Virus record (IMG/VR): IMGVR_UViG_3300025137_000027
Span: 1 to 64,000 of that record
From: a virus
Length of the DNA: 64,000 nt
Direction: 5' to 3' (one strand)
Within the stretch, counting starts at the first letter, position 1. Each line of letters opens with the position of its first letter. A program made the position numbers and the translations under genes. This document shows, piece after piece, positions 30,801 through 37,007 of the stretch. A model generated the notes under the pieces. That model saw nothing but the letters and a program-made list of their open reading frames with translations. It was not told the origin of the DNA and did no database searches.

Positions 30801-33586
30801 AGACTCTAGGCGTTAACGTAGATGCTAATAGCTTTGAGACTTTACAGCAGGTTGGGTGGATGAAGTCTTTCTTTATGGATGCGTCTCGTCAGGGCACGGT
30901 AGAACTTTCTTTCTTAGATAAGATTGTAAGAGATGCTAGCCAATTGCAGCGGGTACAGTTTAATGCTCGTGCTAAGCGGTATATGGAAAATAGTAAGAAG
31001 TTTAAAAAGACCTCTTACTTTAACGAACACGGCTGGAATGGCATGGTTGAACTAGATGCGCAAGGGAATCCTACAGCTAATATGCTTACCATGCTTAGCG
31101 GTTCTTATGAATCGGAGTACAACCTTAAGCGTGCTACGTTAAACAATTCAAAAGCTTTCTATGATTGGAAGCGAAGTGTTACGGGACGTATTGATATCTC
31201 TGCTATGTTTGATATCTCTGGTACAGAGGTAAAGCGTAAAAACAATCCTAAGTACGTAGAGTATCTGAATAAAACGTATGGCGCAGCTGGTGCAGCAGAA
31301 TTTTTGCAGCAGCAAGAAACGATGGCGCAGGAGTATGTAGACGCGCGTACCAGTGAATTTGATACGCTGGAGCTTACCCTAGGGGAAAACGCAACAGATG
31401 CAAAAGCTTTATGGGAGGCTAAGAATAATCCTATCCAAGCTTACAAACGTGCTGAGGGTAAAGGGGGTCGTTTTATTAAAGGCGCAACAAGTAGATTCTT
31501 GTTAGACATTCCTTTACGCACTGTAAAGGGTAAGGCTACGAATTACTATGATGCTAGGTTTGATCAGCTTCAGTCTGAGCCTGATGCATTGGCTTTCTAT
31601 AATGACTACCGCCAGCAGATAAAAGAGATGATGGCAATGTTGCCAGCACATAAGATGACACGTGAAGCGCACCTTGTACGTAATGGACTTTTTATTCCAG
31701 CAATTGCGAAATCATTGACGAACGATTTATTTAAAGCAGAAGGGCTGGCAACCAGGATGAAGCAGCTGCCTGATAATATTCGTAGCGCGTTTACAATTGA
31801 CCCTGAGTACAATATTAATAAACTTATTGACCCAGTAACTGGACGTCCTCGTCAAGAGCTTCCTACTTATTTCTTGGGACAGGTAGATCCTGAAACTCAG
31901 GACTACGATATGGATAGGACCTTCCTTGCTTTTACTATGATGGCTACCACTTACGATAGTAAGAATGCTATTGAAGATAAAGTTCGGATGACGAAAAGTG
32001 TTATGAGCAATGCGCGTGTAGGACGCGTAAAGAAAGGATTAGCAGAAAGTGTTTTAAATAAATTAGGGGCAGAGTCTCCTGTAGGGTATGCTGATGAGGC
32101 AGCTAGAGCAACTACTATGAGAGTAGTAAATACTGTAGTAGATACTTTCTACGGTTACCAAAGTAATCAGGATATTACTTTTGAAGCAAATGAAAATTTG
32201 TTCACTAAAAAGCAAAAGGAAAAACTAGACGAGTTGAAAGACCAAAAGCTTGCTGCAAAAACGCAAGAAGAAAAAGACTTAATTCAAAGTCAAATAGAAG
32301 AAGCTACTCCTCAAGTAAGTGTGTATAAAGGAATTCGAGGGGTACAACAGTTTATCCAAGCCAAAGGCATGGCATGGAACGTTCCAGCAGCTATTGTGAA
32401 TATGGCGTTTGGAGCCATAAGTGTCTTCAAGCACGCTAGTGGTCAGCGTGACTTTACTGAAGCAGACACCCGTAAAGCTACAGGTATTATGCTAAGTAGT
32501 TCATTGAATAATATGACCTTAAATACAGGCTTAACGCAGAATAAGGAAGCGTTGAAGACTCAAAATGCTATGATAAGCTTTGATTCACTGAAGGACTTTA
32601 CAGAGATGCGGCACGACCAACGCAAGTTTAAAACTCAATCTGGTGAAACTAGCATAAACCAGGCAGAATCTCAGGGCTTTAACAAGCTACGTATGTACGA
32701 AATTCAACGTAGCTCAGAGTATTTTGTGTATGGGCAGGTCATGATTTCTGTATTGCTACATGAAAAAGTCGAGGGTAAGTCTTTGTGGGAGCACATGGGT
32801 GGAGATGGGATTATTGATATTGATGGTTATCGTCCGGGCGAAGAGAAACACTTGGCTTTGATGAATAAGATGGACCAGATCAATAAACGCATACACGGTA
32901 ACTACGACCCTTCGAGTCCTATCGCAGTGAAGAAGACAATGATTGGGCCTCTTCTTATGCAGTTCCGTAGTTGGTTGCCTGAATCCGTAGCAGCTAGATT
33001 CGAAAAAGAAAAGTTTGATCCGTATTTGCAACGAGATGTAAAGGGCACGTATCAAACGATGTTCTTTAGTAGTGCTATTCGTAAGCACCTAACTGCAATG
33101 CTTCCAATGTTGGTGCCGAGCTGGGCACGTACGAAAGGTATGAATGAGATGAGTGCAGAGATCTCAGCAGTGGACCAAGAAAACATTAGAAAGTTCGCGG
33201 CTAGCTTGCGTCAGTACTTACAAATAATGATTCTTATTTCTGTCTTACGTGCCTTGAAAGATGATGAAGACGATAAAGAAGCGTTAATGATTCTGAATGC
33301 AAGTCTGAATGTAGTGGACAGAGCTGAAAATGACTTAGCTTTGTTCGGTCGTCCTGGGGCATTCTTAGATATGACTCAAGGTGATTTCTTAGCTGCAATT
33401 GGCGCAGCTAGTGAAGTTGAGAAACTTGGAGAAGCTGTAGTTAAAACAGCGCAAGGAGACGGAATAATTGAAACCGGTGTTTACGCTGGTAAGTCACGAA
33501 TGTGGCATCACTTCCAGAAATTAGTACCACACTTAGGAGCAGTACAGCGGATAGCTAACAACTTAGATCGCGAACTAGGCTCTTGA
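18854..33586 (+). CDS. giant virion-packaged RNA polymerase polyprotein (crAss-type two-barrel RNAP) with zincin-like domain
   Basis: 4910 aa; AYRIPNQ, catalytic GQDYDIDK (27278-27295), PTLADK, HSVDNE; HELVH (29747-29761) plus EEFVAE. Confidence 0.85.
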   Translation: MAEENQEPVNLGDLGTASSSDIRKALEGQPSPVEAKDAVDSETPTETPDAPPASPGQDITGFLTNSSNNIVQKENGSFKFINPYDNNLDVDLDQFETQRRRVSEGSALSGILNGVEGLEESFTYTSLEDTAKRSQEAQGVINKMKNGMTQLVADTGINVAQGFGALLYGVPSAIANGDITKLYDNSLANNLDKGTEFLDEFYKIKRGGDQSKGQKVANFLFDDLAGGASFVMGAIATEMAFSALTAATFGGAAPAQAAVTAGLVARGTRLAQKTLQGGKALISGSLVDDALRASRSLGAAATREGAASALQAAAQTARTPMALQAAARVGRQLITGASMESGMEARHMLNASVENQKQQYEELNGKGSFSEEMAGDFREEISGYADGVFGANMALVGASNMLMFPKLFGVGLRKGMSTSKFIDTSKLSQKARARLAKNLGVVEGKLPRLVDAARGNTLGRIAGRTGTVGRVTAANTKNALYEGFIEEGGQGAISRSTEDYISKRYDPKGVKDTVRFADSFLEGLKGSYTTKDGFKEIGIGMLLAFTGVPMYARNQSTTPSSNSETAGKPEKKWKWQMMGGYADQRKALIARDKKMDAIMNLSEKHGDVGGILRAEIANMNRQNVLQKEQDASIQEGRFKEAKDAEAEMIFSHAATKVVTGRYEQSIAEAQQIMDEMSDEELREQLGPSAKNMTEEDLRAHRNKAMETYRSRMDRARQAYDRAGTVYRGEDADIHTGVAHMLYMTKEKDAREKSIAGEIADAIENMNEGDVLDLVRMQADLNMTESTTNSFLDLINKYQNIDKQLNTKLERKIIKNIDPEKADQRQKDIASAQQAREILAEQMETMLETMATAQNVERGKYDFDLSTFDRLGDLHRAIRRQQGVEFQEADLKALFEDMYAVAQDRLNLIGNYNDFIKPGGVERFESKMIGSIERLAKMSPEQRQEARQQAAAEEDADADSAVAEEIVKAEEAATKQASSPQNPGSNPPQAQDGGGEFSVNQAPQQVVTEPGIGFPEPAGYTGDVPTAPANVELRETLPGENPTRNTVVSDVTTVQFQFTNANNSTEENKGSTINDKYLAGLKKVIAGLPIGTVIEAREGESNGRIALRADKTLLADIKIQEFSQEVQAELRLGKTVALVTTSEVSRGFVGGETLWENNNGVRVSANQKNDFPTEDLVREVLPNGVEDIKGMNLVPSNSNNLLPIAGVESMGIPGEMVTDPKFAGNLLVSTVDALTKEEAYHFVELSPMTYESSTQLVDLVDAFNQFVLSPNSMSPSQNDLLRKFAEASQIDLQQPADEVSKAVALKLRRIIQGAEFLSEQTKKLKNNPRIKRPLLAVEPLGSGRDGITLVALLQGDTYYSHDKEGNRQGPGAEAIASFITKRPANVTQEGTTVYPDGKGNFDVFSTLEMVQKQGKFVYRAPFVVDGKIYNRQFAKVELSMNPLVPVPTKFKRLEETPEPAGNTSSEVVIEKNTQFDPGNYDPNKFGLDADYLPSSSQESTDPMERAGALYEVPGLTSRQLRDGINFSTGMMARAFSTHIRTKDRSVPISSDYLRRYVKANLENNLAYYKSLKQEGFTVKVVEAHEAYLSSENFNPLMDLAMVELLQQAKDTVVGQGDLNKALENIRDRAANSEMLDDAEQAERDANPMAAFDENFAFGVNPKSTLRLESKLLLMGLVDERGTTGKSFGLAGRKFLNNTDLLDKLSAVLAGVAPSYIKVKERLKKYTKTYPQFQSVLDIMTDTYAINSIPPGLKATSTAKEYAEIQNRALSVQDMIRNQFVVFANKEVTTYDSVKIVDVTATQARDIQIWNSNSRNMREHAGNDIRSALIEQEFFDLDGAINKPKFKNLYDQIVGISELPESDQAAKFSLILEDELNISVTPDALTSKNLTDNEKGDRIFLGVEDALRKGEAGTAGIVGRFKTALKDLSTSDLTLEEALSSGSQAGRAVKDFFVGLADYRENFIQKSSKDGDNKTRYQYSAPKLVHQMLREIKTAAVENPASVLLGKRFAQLSAENRRLIELTYLSGIKKGNKGKERNFHGMQVGDNVLAQLAFYGNRNTYKQRDANGEAIIISKFLMPTLADKQTMPILQAPALSAKQAGVVLNEEVSEKSWKTLTFKDVVPNVAGAYETILKDSVDLEIDRIMRIQAGNTEGMTAAQRVAVGFVMVPSLNGVAETFMEGKIKRADFRAEIHSKAVRVFEEAMNEDMQHMLRETEGTIWNPTDKEGVETIGELFHFNGSKKKSPVKVHVAPTANLQKGGRHIVAFVAFLAKYAMDSMNVRTSVIMDTMGDPGAFVKTDKETGKIKPAKTATNLGKRFASLIAPGAAIPYVTYNNRKGIPVDSQKVNFLVIPARVVSKAGHYEYLKKIGQSADELSMQENYDSADAAEYTTVEEHLGILYAKGEITRLEMDDVLSKIANNIKLTNELDWFQPMKPVTTARVGDHMLYVKSAAFPLVPQLTQGTELDKLRVFMETNNVQRAAYDSAVKLGNEWSDVNDTLATEAQKMIPVHVGDTVEINVDELKKRVITGVDRKYMRIQQEVPSSTTNEKVHGSQVAKLLLVDIISSKFILNGESVKGAKMYQAYLKARREEQNARLEVFAARYGMEYDSDTGISHTPESRKKFAERITEEGVDRSYDANELAHLYFDQETVRFLTPLEAGPSSERIENLVKSIIFKEVYEPSIEGFSGPIRPEVGIKSIDEDLVNSGDIMWVMKGGVRLFDGNKLKVAQEGQMDQIIMPWKYKASLEKYMDDDGNINADDLPPELLKAFAYRIPNQRKSSSAAFEIVGFLPKSYGDTLIVNEELVGRIGQDYDIDKMFGFLYSIEQTEDGSIEVIRSEEKASAQRRVAAARNEQVDIYLASMDPQDNAVEKAIHAPVTDGYAVALADQMDGLLHDDAVLGLPMSQSYNSRKADAARSAKSSIGVFAKQHVLHAQLQQSLETRGYGGISFREGEFITILSSPNAKKPTENIALGNIGIHDADFKLEYKNPPAAGNRSDQFSRLLNHSVDNENNGLLSKLGITQDTWPVWTGLTHMGYNQETIAFLVAMPAVQQYLALKKKTGRLASTGSTIKISTLIAQEITKLQGDSKNPIDIKTLPELDKESMLDIIKGASEKSEREISQMNLRALLAVEKLEVMGRDLSRVQNFMGLDTNRPKTLIGLQVALSKMKNPQSDKEGTTFSVLDAVSAADMTVSGQISNLVKRTATGLLNIQNNLLPQNIISSLVTDFEKAGLTQSVEESIGDLIKGVKSYNYSLFTAKLAGRSAEEVRAEAHNLETGGIATLLIEARQNPEIANNSFIKQLIAVKAPGSYPHLEFPGDRELEGSSTELHRGFLSLLRSADPEVKKFGEYLVVYALATSGGKLKARGYLKYVPAEYLQSKGLGDIVNIPNIAESVSTDKVITEVIRHNDTLAPYYNSKADAGIFTSNEVLHLDVEAASFRGHVRVKNALYAPSDTMGRMVRHKGKDVEAIPLILVSKLGDYLTDEYTSDFQPANKKPIVKSLKGNTTAPAPDAPPQGTMDQSYEPTRNVAEEYDPNFNPVVPMNMGLSGKVNDEIVRSENPNKMPMGIKEFLKVSELRNNPFIQELAQTQESLQPEDRVTVVVSEDLPGKGMYNAGTNTVTIRQDMVNDIRTVTHELVHAFTSLSIKVAQGKAKISDPNKKAKMVAAVNELQKLLNIARTPESLQKMGLTFAGQQQSARGYRAFKNQRDGKALTAEEQLDLDFFKENLDKYYAFVSLEEFVAESFSNKKFAERIAKLSLNRNETFIDRFMQAVNKALIALGINFGKDTKFLKEIYTLSMGIVDIQTGGQIGLIPGQEIASSDLIDAVTAVDVGGQNLQGLDQMKDYKEKRIRQFEELKSRYNTNREFVRRVEARLVQERKDLKVLTDDSVEITPDYFLAVGQRELDFARRTIENVDSTDPQITMALSALENIYSVVEFYDKSREILKDPALLDVATALRREASELKDNYLDKARDITRRGARQELETLGVNVDANSFETLQQVGWMKSFFMDASRQGTVELSFLDKIVRDASQLQRVQFNARAKRYMENSKKFKKTSYFNEHGWNGMVELDAQGNPTANMLTMLSGSYESEYNLKRATLNNSKAFYDWKRSVTGRIDISAMFDISGTEVKRKNNPKYVEYLNKTYGAAGAAEFLQQQETMAQEYVDARTSEFDTLELTLGENATDAKALWEAKNNPIQAYKRAEGKGGRFIKGATSRFLLDIPLRTVKGKATNYYDARFDQLQSEPDALAFYNDYRQQIKEMMAMLPAHKMTREAHLVRNGLFIPAIAKSLTNDLFKAEGLATRMKQLPDNIRSAFTIDPEYNINKLIDPVTGRPRQELPTYFLGQVDPETQDYDMDRTFLAFTMMATTYDSKNAIEDKVRMTKSVMSNARVGRVKKGLAESVLNKLGAESPVGYADEAARATTMRVVNTVVDTFYGYQSNQDITFEANENLFTKKQKEKLDELKDQKLAAKTQEEKDLIQSQIEEATPQVSVYKGIRGVQQFIQAKGMAWNVPAAIVNMAFGAISVFKHASGQRDFTEADTRKATGIMLSSSLNNMTLNTGLTQNKEALKTQNAMISFDSLKDFTEMRHDQRKFKTQSGETSINQAESQGFNKLRMYEIQRSSEYFVYGQVMISVLLHEKVEGKSLWEHMGGDGIIDIDGYRPGEEKHLALMNKMDQINKRIHGNYDPSSPIAVKKTMIGPLLMQFRSWLPESVAARFEKEKFDPYLQRDVKGTYQTMFFSSAIRKHLTAMLPMLVPSWARTKGMNEMSAEISAVDQENIRKFAASLRQYLQIMILISVLRALKDDEDDKEALMILNASLNVVDRAENDLALFGRPGAFLDMTQGDFLAAIGAASEVEKLGEAVVKTAQGDGIIETGVYAGKSRMWHHFQKLVPHLGAVQRIANNLDRELGS

Positions 33587-33589
33587 CAC

Positions 33590-34858
33590 ATGAAAAATAA
33601 AATAATCTTTAAAACGCTTAGCCTACTTTGGTTAGGCGTTTTTCTTGGCTATAATAATTATAGTCAATCTGTCCCCTTTATAGAAGGAATAAACTTATTA
33701 TTTCCTGGGTGCACTGATCCTATGGCGCTCAACTACAATGAGGAAGCTACTGAAGATGATGGCACCTGCGTCTATTCTATAGGCCCAGATCCAGTCATAC
33801 TTAATATAACTGTTACAGATGAAAGCTGCCAAGAGTACGAGACAGGAGTCCTGTCTTCTTACGTATACGAGGCTACTATAGTAAATATAGGAAACGAAGC
33901 AGTTACAAACTTTTGCCTTAGCGACTTCTTAGGTACCACGTTTAACTGTTTTAACGGGGTCTCTAATCTTGCTGTTTGGATTCAACCCGGGGATACTATA
34001 ACTGTGACGGGTAACATCAATAGTATAGGCACATGGGTAGAAGGACAAGGAAACTATATGACTGTAACGAGTGTTCCTGGGGAGGTTATTACAGGTAATA
34101 ATAACTTTGTTTTTTATATGCCTGAGGGAGTGGATTGCGTAGAGCCTGCTGATCCTGAATACTGCGATACTCTACTGGTCTACGTGACTGAAATAGACAC
34201 GCTTATTGAGTATGTAGAACTTCCGGCTGATACAGTGACTGTGCTGCAGCTAGACACGTTGTATATTCCTTGGGAGTATTATTTCTACGATACGGTATAC
34301 GTAGATGTTTTTGACACTATTTACGTGACAATGCTAGATACTGTAATTATTACAGAAATAGATTTACAGTATGTATATGAAACAGATACTATTCTTGTAC
34401 TACAAGTAGACACAGTTCTTGTGTCTCAAATAGATACTCTCTTTCAGGAGGTAGTAATCTATGAATATATCTACCAGACGGATACAGTACTCCAAGTAGT
34501 ATACGATGAGGTTTTAATAGACTGCGGGACCGGTCTACCTTGTATAGGAGGTTTCTCAGGCATGACGTGTGAATCTGTATTCATACCAAATGCGTTTTCT
34601 CCAAACAACGATGGCATTAATGATACTTTCTATGTAGTATCTGAATCTTATGACTGCTGGTTAGAATGGCAGTTAATCGTATACAATAGGTGGGGTACTG
34701 CAATTTGGAGCAGCGATGATCCGCAAGCCCAGTGGTATGGACAAGCAGAAAATCAAATGCATTACGTTTCAGATGGCGTGTATGTCTGGACTCTGCGGGC
34801 AAAGGGAGCCACAGGTAACGCGTTAGATCTATCAGGGTCAGTTACGGTCTTCCGTTGA
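33590..34858 (+). CDS. secreted protein with T9SS type B (gliding-motility/CHU_C) C-terminal domain
   Basis: Signal peptide; GCTDPMALNYNEEATEDDGTC repeat; DT repeats; C-terminus VFIPNAFSPNNDGINDTF...YNRWG...W.G...GVYVW...GSVTVFR. Confidence 0.88.
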   Translation: MKNKIIFKTLSLLWLGVFLGYNNYSQSVPFIEGINLLFPGCTDPMALNYNEEATEDDGTCVYSIGPDPVILNITVTDESCQEYETGVLSSYVYEATIVNIGNEAVTNFCLSDFLGTTFNCFNGVSNLAVWIQPGDTITVTGNINSIGTWVEGQGNYMTVTSVPGEVITGNNNFVFYMPEGVDCVEPADPEYCDTLLVYVTEIDTLIEYVELPADTVTVLQLDTLYIPWEYYFYDTVYVDVFDTIYVTMLDTVIITEIDLQYVYETDTILVLQVDTVLVSQIDTLFQEVVIYEYIYQTDTVLQVVYDEVLIDCGTGLPCIGGFSGMTCESVFIPNAFSPNNDGINDTFYVVSESYDCWLEWQLIVYNRWGTAIWSSDDPQAQWYGQAENQMHYVSDGVYVWTLRAKGATGNALDLSGSVTVFR

Positions 34859-35125
34859 CGCATTGGTTACACGTCCGCAAATCATGTGCTCTGAGATTAG
34901 CACGTGGTCTTCTCCGTCGATAGGAATAATTAGACCTTTAGATTCAGGATGTACCATAACAGTATCGCCAACTTTAACATTGCGGCAATCAGGTCCGACT
35001 GCTAGAACGGGCAATACATAAGAAGGTCTAACAGTAGTCTGTTCCGTAAGGATAATACCAGACTTAGTCTTCTCGTGCTTTTCGTGAGGCAGAATCACGT
35101 AGTTGTGTGTGGGTATAAAATTCAT
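34838..35125 (-). CDS. groES: co-chaperonin GroES (Cpn10)
   Basis: P..NYVIL, KTKSGIIL mobile loop, VLAVGPD..NVKVGDTV. Confidence 0.85.
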   Translation of the reverse strand: MNFIPTHNYVILPHEKHEKTKSGIILTEQTTVRPSYVLPVLAVGPDCRNVKVGDTVMVHPESKGLIIPIDGEDHVLISEHMICGRVTNASTEDRN

Positions 35126-35136
35126 TGCTGATAAAT

Positions 35137-35271
35137 TTAGCGTCCTTGCCCTCTGTAAGATTTCTTATAGAGCTTGGAGTTATTACTTTTAGATGTCTTT
35201 GTTTTAGCGTGTACACCTGGACGCTTTACACTTTGCTTAGTTGCAAATGTGCTAGTCATATTCTTTGCCAT
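35137..35271 (-). CDS. 44-aa basic protein (below the ORF-track cutoff)
   Basis: MAKNMTSTFATKQSVKRPGVHAKTKTSKSNNSKLYKKSYRGQGR; KRPGVHAK...YRGQGR recurs in phage small proteins; TAnnTTTA element just upstream. Confidence 0.7.
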   Translation of the reverse strand: MAKNMTSTFATKQSVKRPGVHAKTKTSKSNNSKLYKKSYRGQGR

Positions 35272-35280
35272 ACCGTAAAG

Positions 35281-35320
35281 GTAGTAACTGAGGCGGGACT
35301 CTCACCCGCACTCAGTCTAC
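35281..35320 (-). terminator. long hairpin downstream of ung (terminator or processing site)
   Basis: GTAG-ACTGAG-GCGGG / CCCGC-CTCAGT-CTAC inverted repeat; no clear U-tract. Confidence 0.4.
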
Positions 35321-35323
35321 TGT

Positions 35324-36010
35324 CTACCAGTTTATTGGTTCAGCACCGTGTTGTACTAAAAAGTTATTGGCTTTCTGAAAATGCCCTGATCCAAAGTACC
35401 CTGCTTTACCCCCTGCGTACACTTCTGCAGCAGGGTGTGGGGCTTTAAGTACTAGTTGATGCGGCATAGTAAAGAACTTCTCATACTCTTGTGCTGCTTT
35501 ACCCCATAGCATAATAACAAGGGGAGCTTGGGACTCGCGAAAGTTCAGCGCGTTCAAGGAAGCAGCAATAAACTTCTCCCATCCCCATCCGTGGTGTGAC
35601 TTTGGTGAGCCAGCATCCACTGTAAGGATTGTATTAAGAAGAAGAACCCCTTGCTCAGCCCAATGGCTAAGGTTGCCGTTCTCTTTACTCAGTCTTCCAA
35701 TGCTGCCTTTAATCTCCTTTTGGATGTTACGTAAAGACGGGTTGATTTTAGGACTATCGCCTACGTCAAATGCTAAGCCTGTAGCTACCCCATCATGATA
35801 AGGGTCTTGTCCTAGTATAAGTACACGGGCATCGAGCAGTGAGGTGTCTCTATATGCTCTGAAGATATTCTTTCGTGCAGGATAGGTAGTACCAAATGTA
35901 TAGCAGACTCCCAATTTTTCTTGGAGAGCCTGCATATACTTTGAATCGAACTCAGCATCTAAATGCTTTGCCCACTCCTTACCTACAACGTGTTCATACG
36001 TTGTAACCAT
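35324..36010 (-). CDS. ung: uracil-DNA glycosylase family 1
   Basis: ILGQDPYH, GLAF, PSLRNI, WAEQGVLLLN, LWG..A and HP motifs. Confidence 0.93.
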   Translation of the reverse strand: MVTTYEHVVGKEWAKHLDAEFDSKYMQALQEKLGVCYTFGTTYPARKNIFRAYRDTSLLDARVLILGQDPYHDGVATGLAFDVGDSPKINPSLRNIQKEIKGSIGRLSKENGNLSHWAEQGVLLLNTILTVDAGSPKSHHGWGWEKFIAASLNALNFRESQAPLVIMLWGKAAQEYEKFFTMPHQLVLKAPHPAAEVYAGGKAGYFGSGHFQKANNFLVQHGAEPINW

Positions 36011-37007
36011 CAGGTAATTTTAAGGTTTGAATCATGCCTAACTGAGTCTCCATAGAGTTACCCCAGTTGTTTCGAGCAAGGTGAAAAGCAATTCGGTCAA
36101 GGTGTGCTTCGTACTCTAGGATGCCTTGAGACAAATAACTTTCGTCAATTTTAAATACTTCGCTTGGGAACTCTTTATTAGTTTGAACCGCTACGATGTA
36201 ACACTCGTCTACTTCATAGCCGTCATATGCTGTCTCAAGACACATACGGTAGTATGCGAGTTGACGGTGGTAGTGGTACATATTTATCGTCTCTTCAAAC
36301 TTGCCTAAAGGTTTGGCAGTAGTCTTTAAGTCGACAAGCGTTATGCGTTTGTTCTTGTGATCAAAGAGTACTCGGTCAATCTTACCCTTAATAGGAATAT
36401 CGACTAACTGATCATTCTCTACAGGCCACTGTAAGTCAAACGTAATTTCTATTTCAGCCATAGCTTCATCGAATTTGCCATAGCCGTCTTTACAGATCAA
36501 CTCATTAGCTGCTTCGTGCATCTTAATAGACTCGATACATCCTTGTACGGTGTGGTAGGTAACAGGGTCGACAATCATTTTGCCAGCACTTGTACAGATA
36601 CACTTCCAGTAATCGTTGCCGTCTTTTAAGATGCGGTTGATTTTAGTCTGAAGCCCATTGCTTTTGTAGTAGTCCTCAGGTATGACGGACTCCCAAGTAT
36701 CGTTCTTAATAGAATCTAACTCGGTAATAGGGACATCGTTAGCTTCGACATTCTTGTATAGCCTATTGTAAAGCCGGTCAATAACGTCTTGTGTTTTAGG
36801 ACCTGGCACATTCTCAGATACAATATCTAGTTTACCTGGTTCTAGCAGCTCTTCATGAATGAGAGTTCCAATCTCAAAAGATTTGGAAGACTTCTGTTCT
36901 AGTTGTCCGTCAAGAAATTTCCGAAAGAGACGGGGATTACCCCCGCTCTCCGGATCAATGTAGTTCAGCGAGCTATTGCTTACTGCTTTAATATCAAAGT
37001 AACTCAT
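35994..37007 (-). CDS. PD-(D/E)XK exonuclease (RecE/ExoVIII-like)
   Basis: GTLIH, KGKIDRV, VDLKTT, YHRQLAYY. Confidence 0.8.
   Translation of the reverse strand: MSYFDIKAVSNSSLNYIDPESGGNPRLFRKFLDGQLEQKSSKSFEIGTLIHEELLEPGKLDIVSENVPGPKTQDVIDRLYNRLYKNVEANDVPITELDSIKNDTWESVIPEDYYKSNGLQTKINRILKDGNDYWKCICTSAGKMIVDPVTYHTVQGCIESIKMHEAANELICKDGYGKFDEAMAEIEITFDLQWPVENDQLVDIPIKGKIDRVLFDHKNKRITLVDLKTTAKPLGKFEETINMYHYHRQLAYYRMCLETAYDGYEVDECYIVAVQTNKEFPSEVFKIDESYLSQGILEYEAHLDRIAFHLARNNWGNSMETQLGMIQTLKLPDGYNV

Noticed and set aside
35125-35448. 107-aa plus-strand ORF
   Set aside because: It is antisense to ung and the 44-aa gene, starts at a non-ATG codon and has no motifs
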